Of a DNA stretch of 64,000 nt, positions 55,586 through 64,000 are shown in pieces. The stretch comes from Rhodothermales bacterium. Its GTDB lineage: Bacteria; Bacteroidota; Rhodothermia; Rhodothermales; BA12. The position numbers were made by a program, and so were the translations under genes. Where the stretch lies: positions 1,042,789 to 1,106,788 of the forward strand of contig CAWJEJ010000001.1 of the NCBI GenBank assembly GCA_963841855.1, given 5' to 3'. Under the pieces are notes generated by a model that saw nothing but the letters and a program-made list of their open reading frames with translations, was not told the origin of the DNA and did not search any database. How positions within the stretch are numbered: the stretch's first letter is position 1; every line of letters begins with the position of its first letter.

Positions 55586-56064
55586 CCGCTTCCGGCTCTC
55601 TCGACCTCCGCACGATTCCACTCGACGCGCTTCCGTGGCCCCTGGTGCACGAGGCCGATCCCGAACGCGCGCACGTCGAGGGCTACATCGCAGAGGCGTC
55701 GCGGCTGGGCGCGTACGCAGGCGACACCATTGTCGGCATCGCCATCGTCGGCCTGATCGAGCCGGGCGTGGCCGAGTTGCACGCCATCGCCGCCGAGCGC
55801 GCGTACCGGCGGCAGGGCGTTGGGCGGTGGCTGCTCATCAACGCGCGCGAGGAAGCGATCCGCTTGGGCGCCCGGACGCTGCGCGTGGCGACCGGAAACT
55901 CTAGTCTGGACCAGTTGCGCTTTTACCAACGCTCCGGCTTCCGCATGGTCAGCATCGACCGGGGATACTTCGACACCGCTTTCGCCGAACCGCTCGTCGA
56001 GGACGGCATCCGCTGCCGAGACCGCGTCTGGCTCGACATGCCGCTGCCTGCCGCCGCCCTCTAA
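55582..56064 (+). CDS. GNAT-family N-acetyltransferase
   Basis: 160 aa with an acetyl-CoA-binding motif context (RRQGVGRWLL) and ...FYQRSGF. The start overlaps the permease stop (ATGA). Confidence 0.75.
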   Translation: MTASGSLDLRTIPLDALPWPLVHEADPERAHVEGYIAEASRLGAYAGDTIVGIAIVGLIEPGVAELHAIAAERAYRRQGVGRWLLINAREEAIRLGARTLRVATGNSSLDQLRFYQRSGFRMVSIDRGYFDTAFAEPLVEDGIRCRDRVWLDMPLPAAAL

Positions 56065-56163
56065 GACGAATGAAACTACATAGTGAGGCAGCGACTGTCG
56101 ACAAAGAACAGTACCTTTCGCGATCTGCCGTTTCTTCGTCCATGTCGATTACAGATTGATCTT

Positions 56164-56403
56164 ATGCGGACTCTGCTGCTCACTTCCCTCCTACTCTTCG
56201 CAGCCTGCGATTCAACCGATCCCGAACCTAATATTTCGGCGGTAAAACACATCCAGTCGGTCCAACTGGTCGCTGGGGGCGACTCGGTCCGTTTCAGCAT
56301 GCGACGGGCATCAGGTTTGCAGCCTCTGCAGTACCGACCTACCAGATTACGTCTTCTTCTGCCGACATCCGTGCTGAGACTCGGGGAGAGCATACGCTCG
56401 TAA
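56164..56403 (+). CDS. lipoprotein N-terminal fragment (probably the 5' part of one frameshifted gene together with 56403-57365)
   Basis: MRTLLLTSLLLFAACDS has a lipobox. After ...GGDSVRFS the sensible sequence appears to continue in the next frame (ATGIRFAASAVPTYQITSSSADIRAETRGEHTLV), which is open from 56232 and runs into MWALSG at 56403. Confidence 0.5.
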   Translation: MRTLLLTSLLLFAACDSTDPEPNISAVKHIQSVQLVAGGDSVRFSMRRASGLQPLQYRPTRLRLLLPTSVLRLGESIRS

Positions 56404-57365
56404 TGTGGGCACTCAGCGGTACGGTCGCAGAGGTTCGCATCAAAGCCAGCCTCGACGGGGAAACTGCCGAAGCATCGTTCGAGGCGGCTTCCCGCGACAA
56501 GTATGTTCGCCCTTATTCGCGCGCTATCGCTATCCTCGTACCCGATACTGCGCTGTACGTGCAGCGGGACACGCTTCGTTTCGACCCGGCATTGCTCTTT
56601 ACGATTGCGCCGGGACGTGTAGCTTCTTACACCGTCAAAGACCAAGGTCACGTATCCGCCTGGATCGACGGGGAGTTAAAAGCCTTCCCGACCGGCGAAA
56701 GCGGTGGAACGATAACAGTGCGCGCTCAAGTTGAGAAGGACATGGCTGAGGCGACGTTCACTCTTACAGGAGAAACGGAATGGTGCGCCTCACCTCCCGA
56801 TGGGGCGTCCGATTTTTTCCATATACCCAGCAGATCAACTATCACATATCGCTACACGAACGAAAGATCTTCTAGGGGTTTTAATTTAGTCACAGGAAAA
56901 TCATACAGATTTGAGGACAATTTTACCGGAATAATCACTTGGGATACCGACAAATATTTCTGCGAGTTAGGCAAATCAAGGGGGAGCATTAGAGAAACAA
57001 TAGAAGGGCGTAGCGTCCAGCAGTCTTTCTCGGATGAGAATCTCGTCAGTGCCGATACATCTGAAACCACTACGGTGGCGAGCGATGTCGGCCTTGTGGT
57101 GGTGGACGAGATTCCGCTAGTGCTTGGTTCTGTCATAGTACTCGACAGATGGTCTTCTGAGGAGCCAGTCGCTCGATGGTATGAGACTTCGATGACCACC
57201 ATTGAAGTAAGACGCTGTCCGTACCGAGGCCCTTGGGGAGAAAACTACTGCGCCACCTACTATTTGCGTAAGGACGCGCCACCGGACTCAATCCATGTCT
57301 CCTATAAAAAATCTGATCGCAGTTCGTCCTCCTCCAGATCTATACGCCTGGAGCGTTTGGACTAG
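56403..57365 (+). CDS. hypothetical protein encoded in a low-GC islet
   Basis: 320-aa ORF. The second half is markedly AT-rich (the line 56881-56940 is 18/60 GC by my count). No domain recognised. Confidence 0.55.
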   Translation: MWALSGTVAEVRIKASLDGETAEASFEAASRDKYVRPYSRAIAILVPDTALYVQRDTLRFDPALLFTIAPGRVASYTVKDQGHVSAWIDGELKAFPTGESGGTITVRAQVEKDMAEATFTLTGETEWCASPPDGASDFFHIPSRSTITYRYTNERSSRGFNLVTGKSYRFEDNFTGIITWDTDKYFCELGKSRGSIRETIEGRSVQQSFSDENLVSADTSETTTVASDVGLVVVDEIPLVLGSVIVLDRWSSEEPVARWYETSMTTIEVRRCPYRGPWGENYCATYYLRKDAPPDSIHVSYKKSDRSSSSSRSIRLERLD

Positions 57366-57484
57366 CGTAGCGGTAGAATCTTCCGCCAACAACAATCTAT
57401 TTCGACCAACCGAGCTTTTATGACTTCAGGCACCGCGTTTGCCTGACCGATGGACACCCCACCTCGCCCCCCGGCTCCATCTCC

Positions 57485-58510
57485 ATGAAGCAGCTCTCCC
57501 AGAACGAAATCGACCTGCTGCTCGACGTGCGCAGCCAGATGGACGACGCGCCCGGAGGCTACGACCTGGACGCGCTCGAAGGGCTGATGCAGCGCGAGAC
57601 CGAGCGCAGGGTACTGCCCTACAACTTCAAGCGTCCGCGCCTGTTTTCGCAGGACCAGATGCGCGTGCTCACCTACGTCCACGAGTCGTTCGCGCGCGAC
57701 TTCTCGGTCTTCCTCTCGGCCCAGTTGCGCACCATCGTCGACATCGGGCTGACGGCCGTCGATCAGGTGATGTACTCCGAATACGTCATGTCGAGCGCGC
57801 CGCCGGCGGCCATCTACGTCGCCGAGGAGACCAGTCTGAATCACAAAATCGTGTTCGAGTTCGACCCGCGGCTGGTCGTGTTCACGATCGAGAAGCTGTT
57901 CGGCGGGCAGGGGACGTTTCTCAAGAAGGCGCGCGAGGTCAGCCAGATCGAGCGGCGCATCATGAGTAAGGTGATGAACCGCTGCTTCGCCGAGCTCGAA
58001 AAGGCGTGGCGACAGGCGCAGGAAGTCAAGTTTAGAGAGGTCGCGTTCGAGACCAATGCCGAGTTCGTGCAAATCATCCCGGCCGTCGAGCCCGCCCTGG
58101 TCTGCACGTTCGAGGTGACGGTCTACGAACACAAGTCGTACCTCAACCTGTGCTATCCCTACCTGCTGCTCGAAAAGATGCTGGGCCGCGCCGGACTCAA
58201 GCAGTGGATCAGCGGCAACGCGGCCACGGTCCCGCCCGAACACCGCGAACGCTACGAAAACGAGGTGCGCAAAGTCGCCGTCGAGTTGCGCGCGATTCTG
58301 GGCAAGGCGATGGTTTCGCTCCAAGACGTGAGCGAGTTGCAGCCCGGCGACGTGATCCCGCTCGGCCGCGCCGTCAACGATCCCATCCAGGTATTTGCCG
58401 GTGAAGGACGCAAGTTCTCGGCTCTCCCCGGCCGCTCGGGCAAACGACACGCGCTGCGCATCCTGGAAGCGATAGCGCCTCCTCCTCAGTATTCGGATTC
58501 CAACGAGTAA
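57485..58510 (+). CDS. fliM: flagellar motor switch protein FliM
   Basis: 341 aa with N-terminal LSQNEIDLLL (CheY-P-binding-like) and YNFKRPRLFSQDQ. Confidence 0.85.
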   Translation: MKQLSQNEIDLLLDVRSQMDDAPGGYDLDALEGLMQRETERRVLPYNFKRPRLFSQDQMRVLTYVHESFARDFSVFLSAQLRTIVDIGLTAVDQVMYSEYVMSSAPPAAIYVAEETSLNHKIVFEFDPRLVVFTIEKLFGGQGTFLKKAREVSQIERRIMSKVMNRCFAELEKAWRQAQEVKFREVAFETNAEFVQIIPAVEPALVCTFEVTVYEHKSYLNLCYPYLLLEKMLGRAGLKQWISGNAATVPPEHRERYENEVRKVAVELRAILGKAMVSLQDVSELQPGDVIPLGRAVNDPIQVFAGEGRKFSALPGRSGKRHALRILEAIAPPPQYSDSNE

Positions 58511-59359
58511 ATGAACGCCACCCAGACCTCCACCGACGCCGTCAAAGGCGTCCTCGCCACACTGCTGAGCAGCGGCACCCTGTCGGCCGAGCCGCCTGCC
58601 GAGCAGGCCACGCACCAGAGCCTGCTCGACACGTCGGGCGACATGCTCACGTTTCAGGCCGTCACGCCCCAACTCAGCATCGGTCTGTGGCTGGACGCGG
58701 GCTGGCTCTCGGCGTGCAGCCAGGCCATGCTGGGTATGCCGATGGCCGTCGGCGAGGAGGGCGCGGACGACTTGATGCGCGAGGTGCTGTCCCAGGTGTA
58801 CGGATCGGTTCAGTCGGCCAACGCCAGTCTCCGGCTTCCGGAACTGCGCTTCGACGTGGTGACGGATCCGCGCGACGTGCACCTGCCCGAGACGACGTAC
58901 CTGACGCGCTTCGCGATGGCGATCGGCGGCGAGACGCTCAGCGGCCTGCTCCTGCTCGACGCGCCGACGGCCAAGCAGGCGCAGCAACAGCAGCAGCAAA
59001 GTCAGCAGGCCGAACCGGCTCCCCAACCCGTCGAAGTCGCGCGCCCCGACTTCCCCGACGTGGGCGGCGACAGCTTTGATACGGGCGGCGCGACCGTCGG
59101 GGCCAACTTCAACATGCTGGTCGACGTCGATCTAGAAGTGGTCGTCGAACTGGGCCGACGCAAACTCCCCCTGGCCGATGTGCTCCGCCTGACCAACGGC
59201 AGCGTGATCGAGTTGGACAAGCTGATGGGCGAGCCGCTCGACATCTACGCCAACGGCAAACTGATCGCTGAGGGCGAGGCCGTCGTGATCGACGAGCAGT
59301 TCGGCGTCCGGGTGACCAGCATCGTCAACAAGCGTAGGCGCGACAAAGTGTTTATTTGA
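58511..59359 (+). CDS. fliN: flagellar motor switch protein FliN (long, FliY-like form)
   Basis: C-terminal SpoA/FliN domain: [67 protein letters not shown]. Confidence 0.85.
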   Translation: MNATQTSTDAVKGVLATLLSSGTLSAEPPAEQATHQSLLDTSGDMLTFQAVTPQLSIGLWLDAGWLSACSQAMLGMPMAVGEEGADDLMREVLSQVYGSVQSANASLRLPELRFDVVTDPRDVHLPETTYLTRFAMAIGGETLSGLLLLDAPTAKQAQQQQQQSQQAEPAPQPVEVARPDFPDVGGDSFDTGGATVGANFNMLVDVDLEVVVELGRRKLPLADVLRLTNGSVIELDKLMGEPLDIYANGKLIAEGEAVVIDEQFGVRVTSIVNKRRRDKVFI

Positions 59360-59450
59360 TCGGTCCACCGGGAAGACTCGCTCGCGCACAGGAACGATGT
59401 GGCGATGCGTTAGGTGGGACGCCCCGCTCCGCCGAGGTGCTCATCCGACT

Positions 59451-60578
59451 TTATAGATCTGTGGCACGATCTCGCCCGCTAGTTCGCTCAGCCTTGAGCA
59501 GATGCGCTCGTATCTCCTCGACGGCGGGGAGGACGCCGTTGGAAAACAGTTCGAACACCACGCGCGTGCGATCAGAGTTGTAGTAGCCTGCCGTGAAGAC
59601 GGCCGCCAAATCGAATTCGGGCGCGAGGAAAATCGTCTGTCCCCCGTTACCGCTCGCCCATACGATGTCGACGGTCCTGTCGCCGTAGTGGACCGTATCG
59701 GACCACCACAGGTAGCCGTACGACGATCCGTTTATCCGCGTGCGCGCAGTGGTGGCCTGCGCGATCCACTCGGCGGGGACGATCTGCTCGCCGTTCCACT
59801 GCCCATTCTGGAGCACGAGTAGGCCGATCTTCGCCATCGCTTGCGGCGTGAGGAGCAGGTGGCCGCCCGTGTCGACCTTTCGTCCGTCGTCGTAGCGTGC
59901 CCAGCGGTAGTTGGTGATGCCCAGTGGCCGAAACAGCGCATCGTCGGCGAATGCGGCGAAGTCGCTGCCGGTAGCCTGAGCGATCACCTCGCCCAGCGCC
60001 ACGACGCCGCCCGTACAGTACCGCGTGCTGTCTCCGGGAGGGTACGCGCGGTCGAGCGCGAGAAAGTAGGCCGTCCAGTCTTTGGACCGATACATCCGAT
60101 CCTCCTGCCCCCGCGTCTGCCGGTCTCCGTCGTCGCAGTCCATGCCGCTGCTCATCGTCAGGAGATCGCCGACCGTGATGTCGGCCTTGTCGTCGGCGTC
60201 GGGATAGGCGCTTGCCAGGTAGTCCATCATCGGAGCGTCGACGCTGGGAAGATCACCGCGCGCGATGGCGATGCCCGCCAGCAGCGCCGTGATGCTCTTG
60301 GTCGCCGACCGGATGTCGTGCGGATTGTCGGCCGAGTGACCATTGTAATACTCCTCGAACGCGACCTTGCCGTTTCGCAGGATCAGCATGCTGTGCAGGT
60401 CGTGGTCGTCCTTGGAAGCGATCTGCTGCGCGATGGCGCCAAGACGATCCGCGTTCAGGCCGACCGATTGGGGCGATGCGGTCGGGAGAGAGACCTCGGG
60501 CGCGATCGGGGCGATGACTCGGTTCGATGAGGAGCAGCCGGCGATCAGAACAAGAGCCAGCAGTAGCGGGAGGCGCAT
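59451..60578 (-). CDS. serine hydrolase of the beta-lactamase / class C PBP family, lipoprotein
   Basis: The SxxK motif sits in IRSATKSITALLAG. The lipobox start is MRLPLLLALVLIAGCSS; the track ORF begins 6 codons earlier, at 60596. Confidence 0.75.
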   Translation of the reverse strand: MRLPLLLALVLIAGCSSSNRVIAPIAPEVSLPTASPQSVGLNADRLGAIAQQIASKDDHDLHSMLILRNGKVAFEEYYNGHSADNPHDIRSATKSITALLAGIAIARGDLPSVDAPMMDYLASAYPDADDKADITVGDLLTMSSGMDCDDGDRQTRGQEDRMYRSKDWTAYFLALDRAYPPGDSTRYCTGGVVALGEVIAQATGSDFAAFADDALFRPLGITNYRWARYDDGRKVDTGGHLLLTPQAMAKIGLLVLQNGQWNGEQIVPAEWIAQATTARTRINGSSYGYLWWSDTVHYGDRTVDIVWASGNGGQTIFLAPEFDLAAVFTAGYYNSDRTRVVFELFSNGVLPAVEEIRAHLLKAERTSGRDRATDL

Positions 60579-60821
60579 AGCAGAAAAAGAGAGCAAAAGG
60601 CTTCAACGCCGGTGTGCGCGTAGGATTGCGCACACCTCTGAGTCAGCCTCTCGTCCGCCCACCCGATCCGAGACGCCCGTTGCAGCCAAACCGTGCGGTC
60701 CAATCGGCAAAAGGTGCCGCCGAAGGTCGGATGCACTCGCGGAAATCGGGGTCTGCTGCCCAAACCGTGCGAGGGCACCGCGTTTGCCTGTGAGTGGAGC
60801 GCCACCTGCTTTCCCCAAGCC

Positions 60822-61487
60822 ATGCCTGCCCCTTCTTCTGCTCCTCGCGCCCAGGCGGGCCACGCGCTGCGTCGTGCCGGATGGTGCGCTCTGGCTCTGG
60901 TCGCGCTGTGGGGCGTGTCGCAGTTCATCCCGTCGCCTCAGGCGGTGCAGGCGCAGACTGTTCAGCAGGCGGCACCCGATCAAGCCACCGGTGCCGACCT
61001 GTTCGCGGGTGGCGCATCGGTCGAGCGCAGCGCACGACCGGACCTGGACGCCGGAACCGTGGCACGCAGCGCACCGCTCGGACGTGGTGACCGTGCGACG
61101 CCTTGGGGCCGATTCGCGCTGGTCGCTCTCCTGCTCGGAGGCGGCGCATGGTGGGCCATCCGCATGAAGCGGCAGCGCGATGATGGGACGCTGTCGACGG
61201 CATCGGCTCACTCGCTTCACACGCTGGGCAATCTGACGCTGGCGCCGGGGCAGACCGTCCACCTCGTCGCCGTCGGGCCGGACGTGCTCGTCGTCGGGCA
61301 AAACGCCGGAGGACTGACGACGCTAGCGCAGTATCCGCGATCCGAGTTCGAGGCCGCAACACCGAAAGGCGACGGCGCCGCGTACCCGGCTCAGCCGCCT
61401 GCGTCGACGCCTGCCGCCTCGTTCGCCGACGTGCTCGGCGGCTACGGCATCCGCCTTCCGGGAGCGCAAAACGGAGCCCACTCGTGA
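60822..61487 (+). CDS. fliO: FliO-like flagellar export apparatus protein (assigned by position and topology)
   Basis: It lies between fliN and fliP and its stop overlaps the fliP GTG start. It has a single central TM helix followed by basic residues (RFALVALLLGGGAWWAIRMKRQR) and then LTLAPGQTVHLVAVGPDVLVVG. The start is uncertain. Confidence 0.5.
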   Translation: MPAPSSAPRAQAGHALRRAGWCALALVALWGVSQFIPSPQAVQAQTVQQAAPDQATGADLFAGGASVERSARPDLDAGTVARSAPLGRGDRATPWGRFALVALLLGGGAWWAIRMKRQRDDGTLSTASAHSLHTLGNLTLAPGQTVHLVAVGPDVLVVGQNAGGLTTLAQYPRSEFEAATPKGDGAAYPAQPPASTPAASFADVLGGYGIRLPGAQNGAHS

Positions 61488-62290
61488 TCCGCGTCTTCTC
61501 GTTGGTGCTGATTGGCTTGGCGCTCGTCGCTCCGGTCCACGCACAGCGCTCGGCTCAGGGACAGCAGACGCAGCAGCTTCCGTCGCTCGCACCTCAGACG
61601 CAGCCGCTGACGCCCAACAGCGGCCTGCCAGACATCAGTCTGGTCGGCCAGGAAGACGGCTACGCGCTGCCGATCCAGCTGCTGCTCACGCTGACGGTCC
61701 TGACGCTGGCCCCGTCGATCATCATCCTGATGACCTCGTTCACGCGCCTGGTCATCATCTTCGGGCTGCTGCGGACGGCCCTGGGAATGCAGGGATCGCC
61801 GCCCAACCAGGTCATCGTCGGCCTGTCGCTGTTCCTGACGGTCTTCATCATGTATCAGCCGCTCAATACGATCAACGAGCAGGCGCTCCAGCCCTACCTC
61901 GACGGTGAGATCACCCAAACGATCGCGTTCGAGCGCGCCGCAGGTCCGATCCGAGGCTTTATGCTCGGCCAGGTGCGGCAGAAGGATTTGATGCTGTTCA
62001 TGGACCTGTCGGGCACGACGCAGTACGCATCGGCCGACGACGTGCCGCTCCACGCGCTCGTGCCCGCGTTCGTGATCAGCGAGTTGCGCGTCGCCTTCCA
62101 GATCGGGTTCATGCTGTTCCTCCCGTTCGTCGTCGTCGACCTGCTCGTTTCCAGCGTGCTCATGTCGATGGGCATGATGATGCTGCCGCCGATCATGATT
62201 TCGCTGCCGATCAAACTGCTGCTGTTCGTGCTGACCGACGGCTGGTACCTGATCGTCGAGTCCGTCGTGAGCGGGTATTTGCTGACGTGA
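61484..62290 (+). CDS. fliP: flagellar type III export apparatus protein FliP
   Basis: 268 aa with a signal-like N-terminus and the conserved TSFTRLVIIFGLLRTALGMQ..PPNQV stretch. Confidence 0.9.
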   Translation: MIRVFSLVLIGLALVAPVHAQRSAQGQQTQQLPSLAPQTQPLTPNSGLPDISLVGQEDGYALPIQLLLTLTVLTLAPSIIILMTSFTRLVIIFGLLRTALGMQGSPPNQVIVGLSLFLTVFIMYQPLNTINEQALQPYLDGEITQTIAFERAAGPIRGFMLGQVRQKDLMLFMDLSGTTQYASADDVPLHALVPAFVISELRVAFQIGFMLFLPFVVVDLLVSSVLMSMGMMMLPPIMISLPIKLLLFVLTDGWYLIVESVVSGYLLT

Positions 62291-62348
62291 CCGCCACCCT
62301 TCCCGACTGCCGCCGATCGGTCTAGTCCTGCACCACACCCCGCCAACT

Positions 62349-62383
62349 GTCATCGCGAGGAGCACAGCGACGTGGCGATCTCC
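62349..62383 (+). repeat. dispersed 35-nt repeat, D type
   Basis: gtcatcgcgaggagcacagcgacgtggcgatctcc, an inverted copy of 349-383. Confidence 0.7.
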
Positions 62384-62423
62384 AACGCCTGCCGACTTCC
62401 TTAGCCCTTGCCGCCTGCCTCCC

Positions 62424-62545
62424 GTCGCGATGTATCGCGACGCTACACCCTTCACGCCATCCGCGTTTGCCTCCGGGCGAGAAGAATCTCGCCGCTACGT
62501 TCGCTCCATCGCTCGCCTCCCGTCTCCGCCTGCTGCGACGCTACA
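62424..62545 (+). repeat. three consecutive hairpin+GCTAC modules (REP cluster) in the fliP-fliQ spacer
   Basis: gtcgcgatgtatcgcgacgctaca (62424-62447), ggcgagaagaatctcgccgctacg (62476-62499) and ...cctgctgcgacgctaca (to 62545). The last CTAC ends 14 nt before ATG 62559. Confidence 0.65.
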
Positions 62546-62558
62546 TCTACCTCCCGAC

Positions 62559-62828
62559 ATGAACTCTGACGTTGCGCTTTTCTGGACTCAGGAAGCCTTG
62601 GTGCTCACGCTGACCGTGGCGGCGCCGATCTTGGGCGTCGCGCTCATCATCGGCCTAGCGGTCAGCATCTTGCAGGCGATTACGTCGGTCCAAGAGATGA
62701 CGCTCAGCTTCATTCCCAAAATCCTCGGAGCCGCCCTCGTCCTGATCCTGCTGACGCCGTGGATGCTCGAGATGCTGGGCGACTTCATGCACAGCGCATT
62801 CGCCTACATCCCCTCGGTCAGCCGATAG
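62559..62828 (+). CDS. fliQ: flagellar type III export apparatus protein FliQ
   Basis: Internal ATG of ORF 62430-62828. 89 aa, two TM helices, conserved AITSVQEMTLSFIPK. Confidence 0.9.
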   Translation: MNSDVALFWTQEALVLTLTVAAPILGVALIIGLAVSILQAITSVQEMTLSFIPKILGAALVLILLTPWMLEMLGDFMHSAFAYIPSVSR

Positions 62829-62837
62829 CGCCCCGCG

Positions 62838-63608
62838 ATGGAGTTGATCTCGCCGCTCTACGTCGTCTCGGTCCTGCTCGTGTTCGTGCGCGTGGGCGGC
62901 GTGCTCACGGCGGCGCCGATCTTCGGGCAGAGCGGCATTCCGGTTCAACTGCGCGTCTTGCTTGGCGTGCTGCTGGCCTACTCGCTCGTCCACTTGGCCG
63001 GGCCGATGCCCGACTGGGTCTTGCATCCTGTCGGATTCGTCGTGGCCGTTGGGATGGAAGCAGCGACCGGACTGACGATCGGCTTCGCGGCCAAGTTCGT
63101 GACCTACGTGCTGCAAGTCGCCGCCGAGGTGATGGGGTTTCAGATGGGACTGACGATGTCGCAGGCCTTCAACCCGATCAGCGGACACACCGAAAACGCC
63201 ATCGGACGGCTGGTCAGTTCGCTGTTCATGCTGCTGTTTCTGCTCTTCGACGGGCACCACCACGTCATCGAAGCGCTCGCCCTCTCGTTCCGCGCCATCC
63301 CGCTCGCGACGGCTGGAGTTGCCGCCGCCGGGCCGCTGCTGCTGTCGTGGATGGGCATGCTCTTCGAGACCGCCATCCGCCTAGCCGCGCCGTTCATGGT
63401 GACACTCTTCACCGTCGACCTCGTCCTCGCCGTCTACGCCCGCACGAGCCCGCAGGCCGACGTGTTCTCGCTCTCGTTCATCCTCAAGCTGGGCGTCGGG
63501 ATGGTGCTGCTGATCCTCGTCATCCCCAAGCTCGGCCCCGACATGGCCGTCCTCGTCGATCTAGCCCGCACCTACACCCGCGACATGGTCGGCGCGCTGG
63601 CGGGGTGA
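62838..63608 (+). CDS. fliR: flagellar type III export apparatus protein FliR
   Basis: 256-aa polytopic membrane protein directly after fliQ, with the typical start ...LVFVRVGGVLTAAPIFG. Confidence 0.85.
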   Translation: MELISPLYVVSVLLVFVRVGGVLTAAPIFGQSGIPVQLRVLLGVLLAYSLVHLAGPMPDWVLHPVGFVVAVGMEAATGLTIGFAAKFVTYVLQVAAEVMGFQMGLTMSQAFNPISGHTENAIGRLVSSLFMLLFLLFDGHHHVIEALALSFRAIPLATAGVAAAGPLLLSWMGMLFETAIRLAAPFMVTLFTVDLVLAVYARTSPQADVFSLSFILKLGVGMVLLILVIPKLGPDMAVLVDLARTYTRDMVGALAG

Positions 63609-63717
63609 TGTGGCGGCGCGCTAAGGAGCAGAGCGCACGTTCGACGGTCGGTACGGTGTCCCACCGATTTACAGTCGATTACGGACAACCTACCGGCGCT
63701 ATCAGGCTTGGCAGACA

Positions 63718-63747
63718 GTTGTGGATTCCTGCATGCGCAGGAATGAC
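63718..63747 (+). repeat. REP-like element, C type (GTGG + hairpin on the plus strand)
   Basis: gttgtggattcctgcatgcgcaggaatgac. Confidence 0.65.
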
Positions 63748-63806
63748 GGATGGAAAGGAAAAGAACCGAGCGGATTTATCTAGCGTGCGCCCACCCTGCA
63801 CCAAGG

Positions 63807-64000
63807 CAGGGCTGGTAAGTTCTCAGCCTGCAACTCGCTCGTCCTCCCTACGCCACGGGTGGCCTTTTGAAGGGGAGGTGCCCGCTAGGGCGGAGGGGTC
63901 TTGCGGTCCAGCGCCGTCCTCGGGACCACCCCGCCTCCGACACAGTGTGCCTTCGGCACCCCTCGCATGGAAGGAGGGGACGATGAACTTACCAGCCCTG
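63807..64000. repeat. long imperfect palindrome bounded by perfect 16-nt inverted repeats; MITE-like element or structured RNA, cut by the window edge
   Basis: cagggctggtaagttc (63807-63822) pairs with gaacttaccagccctg (63985-64000). Inner partial pairings include tcgtcctccct/aggaggggacga, ggggaggtgcc/ggcacccctc and gggcggaggggtc/gaccaccccgcctcc. Confidence 0.5.

Noticed and set aside
58975-59010. CAG/CAA trinucleotide run in fliN ([16 protein letters not shown])
   Set aside because: It is a short in-frame Gln-rich linker between FliN domains, with no sign of instability or any function beyond a flexible linker.
57362-59026. 554-aa minus-strand ORF
   Set aside because: It is antisense to fliM and fliN, both of which carry family-specific motifs. 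Its composition is that of a typical GC-rich shadow ORF.

Overview
High-GC bacterial chromosomal window. It carries type IX secretion (T9SS) C-terminal sorting domains and flagellar genes, and I see no Shine-Dalgarno motifs. By inference this fits a flagellated Bacteroidota relative (Rhodothermota-like); the taxon is not verified. (1) 0-35.9 kb is one very large ABC-efflux locus. It starts with a receiver-domain regulator cut by the left edge and a small secreted protein. Then come an HlyD/MacA-type adaptor, an ABC ATPase, and ten tandem, co-oriented genes of about 2.4 kb each for duplicated MacB/FtsX-type permeases (P1-P10). An antisense pair follows (predicted outer-membrane protein plus a 771-aa T9SS-tailed protein), then an eleventh permease (P11) and a second ATPase. 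The first ATPase and P1-P3 are broken by many frameshifts, while everything downstream is intact. (2) 35.9-46.7 kb is housekeeping: recJ, a T9SS-tailed S8 protease, and the conserved yceD-rpmF-plsX-fabH-fabD-fabG block on the minus strand. (3) 46.7-47.4 kb is a gene-free, AT-richer spacer with a perfect DnaA box at a strand switch, followed by dnaA-dnaN, so it is the likely oriC. (4) 50.7-63.6 kb is a flagellar cluster (motB-like, fliL, fliM, fliN, fliO, fliP, fliQ, fliR). Unrelated genes split it twice, and one insert includes a clearly low-GC islet. Several families of short REP-like palindromes are scattered throughout. The main family (GC-rich hairpin followed by CTAC) lies 7-21 nt upstream of start codons in 10 of its 11 loci and always points at the gene. 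No rRNA, tRNA, CRISPR array, transposase or phage gene was recognised. All calls come from reading the ORF track and the sequence by eye. No searches were run, and frameshift positions are approximate.
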